NCBI GenBank assembly: GCA_040905565.1
Contig: JBBDRF010000014.1
Location: 1 to 29,861, forward strand
Origin: Phycisphaeraceae bacterium
GTDB lineage: Bacteria > Planctomycetota > Phycisphaerae > Phycisphaerales > Zrk34
Length of the DNA stretch: 29,861 bases
Direction of reading: 5' to 3'
The notes below the pieces were generated by a model. The model made no database searches. It had not been told where the DNA came from and saw nothing but the letters and a program-made list of their open reading frames with translations. The position numbers were made by a program, and so were the translations under genes. Below are positions 20,618 through 29,811 of the stretch, one piece after another (position 1 is the stretch's first letter; every line of letters begins with the position of its first letter).

Positions 20618-22288
20618 ATGATTACGATCACGAAAGTCGGACGAGCCGCGTTGGTGCCCAGCATCTTCATGATGATGTTCCTCAGCGGCTTACCCGCTCT
20701 GGCCGCACAGCAGGAAGCGAAGCCCGCCCCGCTGTTCGACGACCTCGGCGACCATCATCATCGCATCTCGACGGACGAACCGCTTGCCCAGCAGTACTTC
20801 GATCAGGGCCTGACGCTGGCGTATGCCTTCAATCATCTCGAAGCGATCCGGAGCTTCGAAGCAGCAGCCGAGGTCGACCCGCAATGCGCGATGGCATGGT
20901 GGGGTGTGGCCTTGGCGCACGGGCCGAACATCAACAAGCCGATGAGCGCCGAGGAGGGCCGGCTGGCTTACGCAGCCCTGGAGAAGGCGAAGGCGTTGGC
21001 GGAGCATGCGTCGCCGCGTGAACAGGCTTACATCGCTGCACTGGCGAAGCGGTATGAAGCCGACCCGCCTGAAGACCGCGCCCACCTCGATCGCGCGTAT
21101 GCCGAGGCCATGGCGGAGGTCGCACGTGCATATCCGGACGACCTTGATGCCCAGACGCTTTACGCCGAAGCAGCGATGGACACCATGCCCTGGGACTACT
21201 GGGAAGAAGGACGCGAGGAGCTGAAGCCCGACGCTCGGCAGGTTCAGAGCGCCCTGGAGGAAGTGCTCAAGCGCAATCCGGATCACCCCGGGGCGAATCA
21301 CCTCTACATTCACCTCGTGGAGGCGGGCCCGCGGCCGTGGACAGCTGAGGCCATGGCCGACCGACTTCGCACGCTGGTGCCCGGGGCGGGGCATCTGGTG
21401 CACATGCCCGCGCACATCTATGTGCGCATCGGTCGTTATCACGATGCGGTGGAGGTGAACCACGATGCGGTCGCGGCCGACGAAAGCTACATCACGCAGT
21501 GCCGGGTGCAGGGGTTCTATCCGCTGGCTTACTATCCGCACAACATGCACTTTACGTGGTATGCGGCCATCCTCAGCGGGGAGGGCGACACGGCCATCAA
21601 GGCTGCCCGCGAGGTGACCGAGGGCCTGCACGCTCACGACGGTTTGCATGAGCCGGAGGAACTGCCCGAAGGGCCGCGGTTCGATCCGATCATCACGTTT
21701 ACGCTGGTGCGGTTCGGTCAGTGGGAGCAGTTGCTGGATGAGCCGACGCCGCCCGCAGCCGAGGTGTATCCCGCCGCGATGGATCATTACGGACGGGCAA
21801 TGGCGCACCTCCGCACAGGCGATCTGGAAGCAGCGAAGCAACACGCTCGCCGGCTGGCTGCCATTATCGAAACCGACGAAGCGAAGGCTGCGGAGGAAGG
21901 GCTGTTCGGCCACACGCAGATGCGGATTGCGCATCAGATCGTTCAGGGAGAATTGGCCGCTGCTCAGCAACAGCACGACCAGGCGATCGAACATCTGCGA
22001 CAGGCGGTGGCGCTCGAGGACGGGGTGCCTTATATGGAGCCGCCTTACTGGTACTACCCGGTGCGTCAGACGCTCGGCCGGGTGCTGCTGGAAGCGGGGC
22101 AGCCCGTGGAGGCGGAGCAGGCGTTTCGGCAGGACCTGGTCAAGCATCCGCGGAACGGCTGGTCGCTGCGGGGCCTGAGCGACGCACTGGCAGCCCAGAA
22201 CAAAGCGGACGCTTCAGCGATGGTCCAGCAGCTTTTCGAAACCGCATGGCAGCACGCGGACGTTGAGATCGAAGCCGCGACCTTCTAA
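20618..22288 (+). CDS. Secreted TPR-repeat protein with His-rich motifs
   Basis: Signal-peptide-like N-terminus (...LPALAAQQ), AQQYFDQGL...AFNHLEAIRSF, HPGANHLYIH, HLVHMPAHIY, C-terminal TPRs. Confidence 0.85.
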   Translation: MITITKVGRAALVPSIFMMMFLSGLPALAAQQEAKPAPLFDDLGDHHHRISTDEPLAQQYFDQGLTLAYAFNHLEAIRSFEAAAEVDPQCAMAWWGVALAHGPNINKPMSAEEGRLAYAALEKAKALAEHASPREQAYIAALAKRYEADPPEDRAHLDRAYAEAMAEVARAYPDDLDAQTLYAEAAMDTMPWDYWEEGREELKPDARQVQSALEEVLKRNPDHPGANHLYIHLVEAGPRPWTAEAMADRLRTLVPGAGHLVHMPAHIYVRIGRYHDAVEVNHDAVAADESYITQCRVQGFYPLAYYPHNMHFTWYAAILSGEGDTAIKAAREVTEGLHAHDGLHEPEELPEGPRFDPIITFTLVRFGQWEQLLDEPTPPAAEVYPAAMDHYGRAMAHLRTGDLEAAKQHARRLAAIIETDEAKAAEEGLFGHTQMRIAHQIVQGELAAAQQQHDQAIEHLRQAVALEDGVPYMEPPYWYYPVRQTLGRVLLEAGQPVEAEQAFRQDLVKHPRNGWSLRGLSDALAAQNKADASAMVQQLFETAWQHADVEIEAATF

Positions 22289-22455
22289 GCGGGGCTTGCC
22301 TCTGACGAAATGCGAGGGGGACCGCGCCTAGGGCCGGGGCTATGTGCTGCGATTGTCGAAGGCGTGGGGGGGAAACCCTACGCGCCGGCGGGGTTGGCCG
22401 GTACAATGGGCGGCCTAGTTTGTTGACCGTGCTTATCTTGCGAGGCTTGCCCCCG

Positions 22456-23676
22456 GTGACTCAGACCAATGCCACGATCGCCCGTCATGACCAGTTCATG
22501 ACGCTCAACTACCCGCGTTTCCCCGTGACCATCACCGAGGGCCGCGGTAGCTGGTTGACCGATTCGCAAGGCGGCAAGTACCTCGACCTCTTCGCAGGCT
22601 TTGGCGCGGGCATCCTGGGCCATTGCCATCCCGACCTCGTGGCTGCGGCGACGAAGCAGCTCAACAAAGTCTGGCACGTGGGGAATCTGCTTCATACCGA
22701 GCCGCAAACGCAGCTGGCGGAGCAGATCGCGGAGAAGGGCTTCGGCGGCCGCAGCTTCTTCTGCCACAGTGGGTCCGATGCGAACGAAGCAGCCTTCAAA
22801 CTCGCTCGCCTTTACGGGCAGGGCAAACGCCACAAGATCATCGCGACGCTCGGCTCATTCCACGGCCGCGGGTTCGCTTCGATGATGGCGACGGGGCAGG
22901 ACAAAGTGCGGGCCGGCTTCGCGCCGTACCTGCCAGGCTTCGAGCATGTGCCTTACAACGACATCATCGCCACCGCCCGGGCGATCGACGAGCAGACCAT
23001 CGCGATCATCGTCGAACCCATCCAGGGCGAAGGCGGCGTGCAGGTGCCCGACCCCGACTACCTCCGCGAACTTCGCCGGCTTTGCGACGAGCATGATCTG
23101 CTGTTGATCTGCGACGAAGTCTGGACCGGCTGCGGGCGGACCGGGCGATGGTTCGGCTATCAACACTTCGACATCGAGCCGGACATCATGACGCTCGGCA
23201 AAGCCGTCGGCGCCGGCATGGCCGTGGGCGTGATGACCGCCGGGCCCAGATGCGCCGAGCTTTATGATGCCCGCAAGCAGGGCGCGGTCCGCCACGCCAC
23301 CACGCTCGGCGGCAACTGCGTCGCCATGGCCGTCAGCCATCGCATGTTCGAAGTCATCGAGCGCGACAACCTGCTGGAGCGGGCGACCACGCTCGGCGAA
23401 ACGGCCATGCAACGGCTGCACGACTTCGGCCGCCAAACCGGCCTGCTGCGGGAAGTGCGAGGCAAGGGGCTGTTCATCGGCGCGGAGATGAACCTTGAGA
23501 CGAACGCGATCGAGGACGCCGCCACGGTCGTCCAGCGTTGTCTTGGGGAGGGCCTGTTGCTTTGCGCCGCTCAGCAGGGCGTGATTCGTCTTGCGCCGTC
23601 GTTGACCGTGACCGAGGATGAACTCGACCAGGGGCTGACGATTCTTGAGCGGGTATTGAAGGCTGAGGCAGCCTGA
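22456..23676 (+). CDS. argD: Acetylornithine/succinylornithine-type class III aminotransferase
   Basis: YLDLFAG, SFHGR, VEPIQGEGG, DEVWTGCGRTG, PDIMTLGKAVGAG, HATTLGGN. GTG 22456 after GAGG. Confidence 0.88.
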   Translation: MTQTNATIARHDQFMTLNYPRFPVTITEGRGSWLTDSQGGKYLDLFAGFGAGILGHCHPDLVAAATKQLNKVWHVGNLLHTEPQTQLAEQIAEKGFGGRSFFCHSGSDANEAAFKLARLYGQGKRHKIIATLGSFHGRGFASMMATGQDKVRAGFAPYLPGFEHVPYNDIIATARAIDEQTIAIIVEPIQGEGGVQVPDPDYLRELRRLCDEHDLLLICDEVWTGCGRTGRWFGYQHFDIEPDIMTLGKAVGAGMAVGVMTAGPRCAELYDARKQGAVRHATTLGGNCVAMAVSHRMFEVIERDNLLERATTLGETAMQRLHDFGRQTGLLREVRGKGLFIGAEMNLETNAIEDAATVVQRCLGEGLLLCAAQQGVIRLAPSLTVTEDELDQGLTILERVLKAEAA

Positions 23677-23678
23677 GG

Positions 23679-24797
23679 ATGAGCCAGACGATGACCACAG
23701 CACGATCACCATTGCAACGACTGCCACGCTGGGCCCGCACGGCCTGCGCGCTCGGGCTGCTCATCACGCTGATCGGTTGCGAAACGGCCCCCAAAGCCGA
23801 CGGGCCCAGTGAAAACGTTCGCCTGGGCGATCTGCGAACGCCGCCTCGCCACGCCACGCTCGACAACGCATTCCCCGACAGCGAAACGGCCCTCAACATG
23901 GCCGTACCCGACCGCCTGCAGCAGCCGGTGCTCGACGGCTCCCTACTCGGCAGCACAAGGGTGCTCACGCCCGGGCTCGATGACGACGATGCTGACGAGG
24001 AAACCGCAGCACAGCAGCGGGCGGAGCAGGAACGCCAGGCAGCAGAACGCGCCATCGCTGAGCAGGCCGAGGCCGACCGCGAGGCGGCCCGAGAAGCGGC
24101 GGAGCAGGCAAGACCGCCTCGCCGTGTCACCATGCGATTGATGGTTTTTGAGCATCCTGATCCGCGGGTGGCCAGGGCGACGGATATGCTCGCGGGCACA
24201 CTGCCCGAGGCAGAGGAGCAGGCGTGGCGGGAGAACGGGTTCGTCGTGGGCGAACTCGACCGTCGCCGATTGCCGCTGTTCCTGGCGAACCTGCCGCGAT
24301 CGCTTTCGATTGACGTTTCCACGCTGCATCGGGTGAACGCCTACTGGCCTTTGACGTTAATCGACCATCTTCGCGGGCCTCAATACGTGAATGTGGCCGA
24401 TGCGGCGGGTGACATCGAAGCCCATCGGCTGGTAGGCGGCAAGTTCCAGTTCCTTATCAAACTGGTGCCTTCGGTCGATCGGGATCGTAAACAGATCTAC
24501 CTGGACCTGCTTCCGCACCACAAGGGCGTCCGGGCGGAGTTGTTGCCCCGGTCGCCGCGTGATCGTGTGCTCGACGGCACGAGCTTCGACAACCTGCGTT
24601 TCTACCATCCGCTGAGCACCGAACGCGTCTGGATTTTCGCCGCCGACCTCCCCCTCGAACCCGCCGAGGACGAAGCAGAGGGCGACGAGGCAGACGGAGC
24701 CGCCGAGCCTGAGCCGATCAAACTCGGCCATGCGATGTTGCAGGGGCAGCATCGGCGTCAGCAGGTGCAGATCGTCCTGCTGGTCATCTCCGACTGA
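23679..24797 (+). CDS. Hypothetical lipoprotein
   Basis: Lipobox-like ALGLLITLIG-C; starts 2 nt after the argD stop; acidic/coiled-coil linker. No family recognised. Confidence 0.7.
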   Translation: MSQTMTTARSPLQRLPRWARTACALGLLITLIGCETAPKADGPSENVRLGDLRTPPRHATLDNAFPDSETALNMAVPDRLQQPVLDGSLLGSTRVLTPGLDDDDADEETAAQQRAEQERQAAERAIAEQAEADREAAREAAEQARPPRRVTMRLMVFEHPDPRVARATDMLAGTLPEAEEQAWRENGFVVGELDRRRLPLFLANLPRSLSIDVSTLHRVNAYWPLTLIDHLRGPQYVNVADAAGDIEAHRLVGGKFQFLIKLVPSVDRDRKQIYLDLLPHHKGVRAELLPRSPRDRVLDGTSFDNLRFYHPLSTERVWIFAADLPLEPAEDEAEGDEADGAAEPEPIKLGHAMLQGQHRRQQVQIVLLVISD

Positions 24798-24878
24798 TTC
24801 AGGGCCGGGGGGAGGATTGCACTTTCAAGCGCGTGTGCCACTGTCACGCTCGGGGGCGGTGACCTAAGATGTCAGCCT

Positions 24879-25844
24879 ATGTCACCTGATTCTGAACATC
24901 CGAAAAACTCGCGACGCCGCCGCCGCGGCCGCCGGCGGCAACGCATCGGCACGGGCATGATCCGCGTGCTTCCGTCCGCCTTCACGCTGGCGAACCTGCT
25001 CTGCGGATTCGCCGCGATCTTTTACGCCTCCCGCATGCCAGGCGTCGACCGCCTCTTCCCCGATACCACCCCTCTCACGCTCGCCGCCAGCCTCATCTTC
25101 CTCGGCATGCTGTTCGATGCACTCGACGGTCGCGTCGCCCGGATGACCCGCCAGACGTCCGAACTCGGCGAACAACTCGACTCCATGGCCGACATGGTCA
25201 CCTTCGGCGTCGCGCCCGCCTTCCTGGTCATTCAGATGGCGGGAATCGGCGCCCCCTTCTTCGGCCTCGAGGGGTTCGATACCTTCTTCGACCGCGGCGT
25301 CCTTGTCATCGCCGCCACCTATGTCGCCTGCTGCGCCCTCAGGCTCGCGCGGTTCAACATCGAGATCAACCTGCCCGGCGAGGCGGATCATCTTTCCTTC
25401 AAGGGCCTGCCCTCGCCCGCCGCGGCCGGCACCGTCGGCGCCCTCGTGCTCGTGCACGAATCACTGCTCGTGGGCATGTCACTGGAGTTTCTCGATCTCG
25501 CCAAGGCCGCCGTGGTTGCGATGTTGGCGATCGTGCTGCTCACAGCCATCGCGATGGTTTCGACCATGCGCTACACGCACCTGCTCAACCGCTACGTCCG
25601 CGGCCGCGCCCCGTTCGCTTACCTGGCGACCGCGGTGATCCTGATGGTGCCGCTGCTCGTGTTCCCGCAGATGACGCTCGCCATCGCTTTCACCGTTTAC
25701 GCGCTTTCCACGCCCAGCAGCTTGCTCTATGCCAAGCTCCGCAACCGCACCACGCCGAACGTCCTCGCCACGCCGCTCGACGAAGCGCCAGACAGCGTCG
25801 ACCCCGCACTGGAATACACCACCCAGGCCGACGAACGCGCCTGA
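24879..25844 (+). CDS. pssA: CDP-diacylglycerol--serine O-phosphatidyltransferase (CDP-alcohol phosphotransferase)
   Basis: LPSAFTLANLLCGF, FDALDGRVAR...GEQLDSMADMVTFGVAPA, ALRLARFN, FKGLPSPAAA. Confidence 0.9.
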   Translation: MSPDSEHPKNSRRRRRGRRRQRIGTGMIRVLPSAFTLANLLCGFAAIFYASRMPGVDRLFPDTTPLTLAASLIFLGMLFDALDGRVARMTRQTSELGEQLDSMADMVTFGVAPAFLVIQMAGIGAPFFGLEGFDTFFDRGVLVIAATYVACCALRLARFNIEINLPGEADHLSFKGLPSPAAAGTVGALVLVHESLLVGMSLEFLDLAKAAVVAMLAIVLLTAIAMVSTMRYTHLLNRYVRGRAPFAYLATAVILMVPLLVFPQMTLAIAFTVYALSTPSSLLYAKLRNRTTPNVLATPLDEAPDSVDPALEYTTQADERA

Positions 25845-25886
25845 CCCCACATACCCCGGCCCTTGGCGCGGTTCCCTCAGCAGGCA

Positions 25887-26279
25887 TCACCGCGAGCGTG
25901 GCACCGCTTTACGTTCGCCGTTTTCTTCAAGCCACAGGTGCGCTTCGGGAAGTTGACCGCGCTCAAAATAGCGAATCTCGGCTTTGGTGAACGGCTTGCA
26001 AAAGTGCGCCATGCCCTCCTGCCAACGTTTCTCGCCCACCATCGCGATGCGTTCGACGTCGCTGAAGTGCTTCGCGTCGAACTTGATATCTTCCCAGAGG
26101 GCACCCATATCCCACCCCGCAAAATCGTCCATGACCACAAGGATACGAATTTTGCCGTGCTCAGCGACGGCTCGCTCAACCTGCGGCACAAACTGCTGAT
26201 AGTCGGCCCGGCTCAGCTTGCCGGTGACGTGAACGGTGATGGTTTTGCCGCGTTTTTCTTCAGCAAGCTGAACAGTCAT
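25887..26279 (-). CDS. STAS/SEC14 (SpoIIAA-like) domain protein
   Basis: VTGKLSRADY...GKIRIL...FAGWDMGALWEDIKF...VERIAMVG..W. Confidence 0.85.
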   Translation of the reverse strand: MTVQLAEEKRGKTITVHVTGKLSRADYQQFVPQVERAVAEHGKIRILVVMDDFAGWDMGALWEDIKFDAKHFSDVERIAMVGEKRWQEGMAHFCKPFTKAEIRYFERGQLPEAHLWLEENGERKAVPRSR

Positions 26280-26300
26280 GAACGTTTCTCCGTTAGGACG

Positions 26301-26588
26301 TCAGAAAATGATGACGCCGATCAAACCAAGGATTGCAACTCCGATGCCGAAGACGCCGAGCACGATCGCGATGATGCTCATGATGCCGCCCCCGACCTTC
26401 GGCGAGACACTGATAGCCAAGCCCACAATGCCCAGTCCCGCCGCAGCCAACGCCGCGATCAGGCCCAGGATCGGACTCCCCGTAAAGGTGGCCAGGTAGC
26501 TGCCGATTGCACAAATGATCGCAATGATCGCGACGATGCCTGTCCGCGCATCATCCTTGGGCCGGGTCGAGTGTGTCTGATTGGCCAT
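26301..26588 (-). CDS. Hypothetical membrane protein (about 3 TM helices)
   Basis: AAGGAGG SD before ATG 26588; Gly/Ile/Ala-rich hydrophobic segments. Confidence 0.75.
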   Translation of the reverse strand: MANQTHSTRPKDDARTGIVAIIAIICAIGSYLATFTGSPILGLIAALAAAGLGIVGLAISVSPKVGGGIMSIIAIVLGVFGIGVAILGLIGVIIF

Positions 26589-26703
26589 AACTGCCGCCCT
26601 CCTTCTCGCGTTCATACTAGAGCTGGCAATCACACCCCTGCCCTGCGGGTAAACCCCAACCTATCTCTAGGGAGGCTGCTCCGGGTGCCAAGCAGACGTG
26701 TGC

Positions 26704-26732
26704 TTGTCAAGCGTCGACAGCTAATCTAAACT
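26704..26732 (+). promoter_or_regulatory. Sigma70-type promoter for tRNA-Leu
   Basis: TTGTCA-N17-TAAACT ending 12 nt before the tRNA. Confidence 0.7.
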
Positions 26733-26744
26733 CCTCACGTCCCA

Positions 26745-26830
26745 GCCGGAGTGGCGGAATTGGCAGACGCGAAGGATTCAAAATCCTTTGGCCCTTGCGG
26801 GTCGTGTGGGTTCAAGTCCCACCTCCGGCA
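26745..26830 (+). tRNA. tRNA-Leu(CAA), CCA not encoded
   Basis: Acceptor GCCGGAG/CTCCGGC plus discriminator A; D-arm GGCGGAATTGGCAGACGC; anticodon arm AAGGA-TTCAAAA-TCCTT; long variable arm; T-arm GTGGG-TTCAAGT-CCCAC. Confidence 0.97.
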
Positions 26831-28112
26831 TTGCGTGAGAATGCACAAAAACACCTTTATTTACAGTGTTTTTGCGACTTCCCGCATCCTGAATCAGTTC
26901 GGCGGGATGGACACGTAGGGACTCACTATCACGGGTTGGGACCGTGGTTCGTGTGTCTATTTGTGTGTCAGTCGATACGTCCCCATCCGTCCCCGTTGCC
27001 GCCGTTTCGACCGATTCAGGCGTAAGAAATCGCGGCAGATGGTCGGCAGCTTCCATCACCGGCAACGCCCCCGCATCCGTGTACGTAGTTGCCGTCAACT
27101 TCATATCGCTATGCCGCATGAACGACATCGCGATGCGTGCCCCGACCTTGCCACGGTGAAGGTTCGTGGCGCAGGTATGCCGGAGGGCATGAAAGTCAGC
27201 GCGTCGCCCCTGACGATCCTCAAAAGGAATGCCCACCTTGCCCAGGTCACGCTTGAACGTATCCATTCGCGGGACGAGCCGATGGAATACCCGCCGACTC
27301 GGTGAGACACCGTCCGGCTTGAGCTTTCGCAGGGCGTCGGCCAGCTCATCGGTGAGCGGAAGAAATGCCCGCTTGCCGTTTTTTGCGGTGGATGCCGGGA
27401 CATCAACGAACGGCTTCGGAGATTCCAGGTGCACATCATCCCACAGCAAATTGCGAAGCTCTGAACGCCTCAAGCCCGTATGCGCTGCAGCCAGGTAAAC
27501 CACCCGCCGCCGCCCCGCTACTTCCAGAAGCCGCCGCATTTCGTCGTCGGTCAACGCTCTGCGTTTGCGTGTCTCCTTCCCGGCAGTCGTCACCTTGAGG
27601 CCCGGCAAGTCCAGCACGTTCGTTACGAGACGCCCGTTTGCCTTCATCCAGGCAAGAAGTCCCCGTGCAGCGTCCAGGTAGTCGTTGAGCGTCTTGGGCG
27701 CCTTGTCGTGCTGGATCGCTCGCCACGAGACGAAGGAATCGACGGAAACATCACGGGGCTGATGCCAGTCGCATTCACGAATGAGCTTGCTTACCCGCAG
27801 TTTCACAGCACGCCAGTACCGAGCCGCCCGGCCCTTCGCTTGCAAGTCTGCGATGAAATCCGCCAGGTGATCCGCAAGGGGCTTTGAAGCGGCGTCTACC
27901 AGTCGTTTCGGCAAGGCGATGCCTGCACGCTCGTACTCAGCTTCCTTCACCAGTTCATCGAGCTTCTGCAAGGCGACCCGCTTATCCGCTGTGTGAAGCG
28001 CAACGTCAGTCGGCTTCCGGTCGCCGTCAAGCCTGTACCGACCACGCCACAACCGGGCGACCTTCACCCTGCCACCTCTGCGACGACGCGGTTTGTAAAC
28101 GTGCCTCTGCAT
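26778..28112 (-). CDS. int: Tyrosine recombinase/integrase
   Basis: Catalytic set intact: TGLRRSEL (R), TAKNGK (K), FHALRHT (HxxR), MRHSD (H), ATTYTD (Y). TGATG overlap with xis; C-terminus runs antisense into the tRNA. Confidence 0.95.
   Translation of the reverse strand: MQRHVYKPRRRRGGRVKVARLWRGRYRLDGDRKPTDVALHTADKRVALQKLDELVKEAEYERAGIALPKRLVDAASKPLADHLADFIADLQAKGRAARYWRAVKLRVSKLIRECDWHQPRDVSVDSFVSWRAIQHDKAPKTLNDYLDAARGLLAWMKANGRLVTNVLDLPGLKVTTAGKETRKRRALTDDEMRRLLEVAGRRRVVYLAAAHTGLRRSELRNLLWDDVHLESPKPFVDVPASTAKNGKRAFLPLTDELADALRKLKPDGVSPSRRVFHRLVPRMDTFKRDLGKVGIPFEDRQGRRADFHALRHTCATNLHRGKVGARIAMSFMRHSDMKLTATTYTDAGALPVMEAADHLPRFLTPESVETAATGTDGDVSTDTQIDTRTTVPTRDSESLRVHPAELIQDAGSRKNTVNKGVFVHSHAMPEVGLEPTRPARAKGF
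26846..26874. repeat. AT-rich inverted repeat next to att (terminator-like or host-factor site)
   Basis: CAAAAACAC-N11-GTGTTTTTG, 15 nt after the tRNA. Confidence 0.6.
26951..26969. repeat. Tandem direct repeats, probable integrase arm-type sites
   Basis: GTGTGTC at 26951-26957 and 26963-26969 (12-bp period), about 120 bp from the tRNA end. Confidence 0.55.
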
Positions 28113-28303
28113 CACACACGCCTCCCAGCATCAAGGAATGAATGAACTGCCGACTCAGGAATCAGCACCGCACGCAACGACGCCGGCCGCCGAAAGTCCA
28201 GGTGCCCACGCTCGCACAACCTCCGGACCGTCTTCGTAGACACGTTCAGAATTTCAGCCACCTCGTTCACACGCAACATTCTTCCGCCATCGGAAACACT
28301 CAT
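28112..28303 (-). CDS. Excisionase-like HTH DNA-binding protein
   Basis: MLRVNEVAEILNVSTKTVRRLCERGHL winged-HTH; AAGGAG SD; ATGA overlap with the upstream gene. Confidence 0.88.
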   Translation of the reverse strand: MSVSDGGRMLRVNEVAEILNVSTKTVRRLCERGHLDFRRPASLRAVLIPESAVHSFLDAGRRV

Positions 28304-28641
28304 TTTTTCCGCTCCTTTTTCATACGATCCTGCGACTTCTTCATTGCCTGTTCCCACTCTCGGCGCGGGGCACGAAGCACCATCTCAACCGGCCCGTCAT
28401 CGTCATGAACAACGAAGCTGTCGGCCTCCTCGTCCTCGCCACGTATCACCCAGCCCTTGACGAACTGCCTGATCTGCGTGGGCAGGGCCTTGAGACGCAC
28501 AAACTCAACGTAATCAGTTTCAAGCCGTTCCTCGCACAAACGCTCGATCACCTGGCTACGGCTTTCAACCGTCTCCTTGGCGATGGCGTCGATGCGAGCA
28601 CGAAGCTTGCCGTCCATCGAAATTGCGATTTTGTCCTTCAT
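28300..28641 (-). CDS. Ribbon-helix-helix (CopG-like) regulator with C-terminal extension
   Basis: KIAISMDGKLRARIDAIAKETVESRSQVIERL fits the RHH pattern. Confidence 0.8.
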   Translation of the reverse strand: MKDKIAISMDGKLRARIDAIAKETVESRSQVIERLCEERLETDYVEFVRLKALPTQIRQFVKGWVIRGEDEEADSFVVHDDDGPVEMVLRAPRREWEQAMKKSQDRMKKERKK

Positions 28642-28647
28642 GACCAA

Positions 28648-28676
28648 ACAGTACCCATATAGTCATACCATGTCAA
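28648..28676 (-). promoter_or_regulatory. Sigma70 promoter giving a leaderless RHH-xis-int transcript
   Basis: TTGACA-N17-TACTGT-N6-ATG(28641). Confidence 0.75.
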
Positions 28677-28684
28677 TACCCTGT

Positions 28685-29794
28685 TCAGAATGGCGCATTT
28701 CCATCGCTACGACTGACGCCCGCACCGCGTAACGGCGAGGCCCGGCGTTTGCCGCGTTTGTCGATGAATCCCCGTTCGACCAAGTAGGCCCACACGATGG
28801 GACGCGCTTCGGCTTCCAGGTCATCCGCCAATTCCGCATCAGGTACAGCGTCGAGCAGTGAATCGGCCATCAAATCCCGCCACACATCCTCAAGCTGCAA
28901 CCCGCCATGCACGCAGATGTCCTCAAGCGTGGGCTTCACGCAGCGATCCAGCCAATCGCGGAACCCTTGGAGCGTGCTTTCCTTCCGGCGCTCGCGCACC
29001 TGCACCGGATCAACGCCGCCCAGCAGATCGGCGTACCACTCAACCAGCGGCCGACGGCTTCGCTTCTGCCCGTTCTTCTCCCGAAACTCGAACGCCCCGA
29101 TTAGAAGCCGCCATGATTCGACACTCACATTCTCGCCCGCTTCGAACAACGCACGCGCCACCTGAACCGCACAATCACCGGTGAACTCGACCTCGTAACG
29201 CTCCCACTCGCCAATCCGAGCCTCGCCCGTTTCAAGCCCCTTGTCATAGCAGCGACCGAAACGCCCGCTCCCCTCATCGCCACGCTTGCCCATGTACAAA
29301 GTCCGCCCGACAACCACGTCGCCTTCTTCTTCCTCATTGCTTCGATGCCGCCTTGCCCCGCACATTTCACCAGCCCGACAGGACTGCCGCATCCGCTCCC
29401 AAAGTCCCACCGGCTTATCCTCGCTTCGGAAGTCTGCCCGGAGGTCGATTCGTTTGCAGGAGAAGCCCTCCCACATGATCGCCCAAAGCAACGCGCGCAA
29501 CCGTTCCTGAGTCGTGACAGTGCAGGCTTTGCCCGGGAGTTCGACACAGCAATGCGTCGCCATCCCCGGTTCGTCCGGGTCGTACATGATTGCCACGCCT
29601 TCCAGGTGGCGCTCGCTTTGTTTGTAGAAGTAACGGCCGCCGCCTTCTTCGCCCGGTCCGAACTCATCGCGAATCAGAGCGCGTATCACGTCCAGGCGTT
29701 CCCGTGGGCCTGTGAGGCGCAGCCAGTCGATGCCTACTGCGACGCTGACGTCGTCCCAGAGGCCCGAATGTCCATTTGCCCCCCCTACTAGCAA
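28685..29794 (-). CDS. Rep_trans-family rolling-circle replication initiator/relaxase; true start uncertain
   Basis: IDWLRLT, VELPGKAC, KRIDLRAD, GRTLYMGKR, RCYDKGLE (catalytic Tyr), WERYEVEF. The frame stays open from 29794 to the window end. Confidence 0.9.
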   Translation of the reverse strand: MLVGGANGHSGLWDDVSVAVGIDWLRLTGPRERLDVIRALIRDEFGPGEEGGGRYFYKQSERHLEGVAIMYDPDEPGMATHCCVELPGKACTVTTQERLRALLWAIMWEGFSCKRIDLRADFRSEDKPVGLWERMRQSCRAGEMCGARRHRSNEEEEGDVVVGRTLYMGKRGDEGSGRFGRCYDKGLETGEARIGEWERYEVEFTGDCAVQVARALFEAGENVSVESWRLLIGAFEFREKNGQKRSRRPLVEWYADLLGGVDPVQVRERRKESTLQGFRDWLDRCVKPTLEDICVHGGLQLEDVWRDLMADSLLDAVPDAELADDLEAEARPIVWAYLVERGFIDKRGKRRASPLRGAGVSRSDGNAPF

Positions 29795-29811
29795 TGGGGG
29801 GATACGGACAT
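29768..29811 (-). other. Putative double-strand origin/oriT hairpin (nick site) for the Rep_trans protein
   Basis: Minus strand ATGTCCGTAT-CCCCCC-ATTGCTAGTA-GGGGGG-GCAAATGGACAT. Confidence 0.72.
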
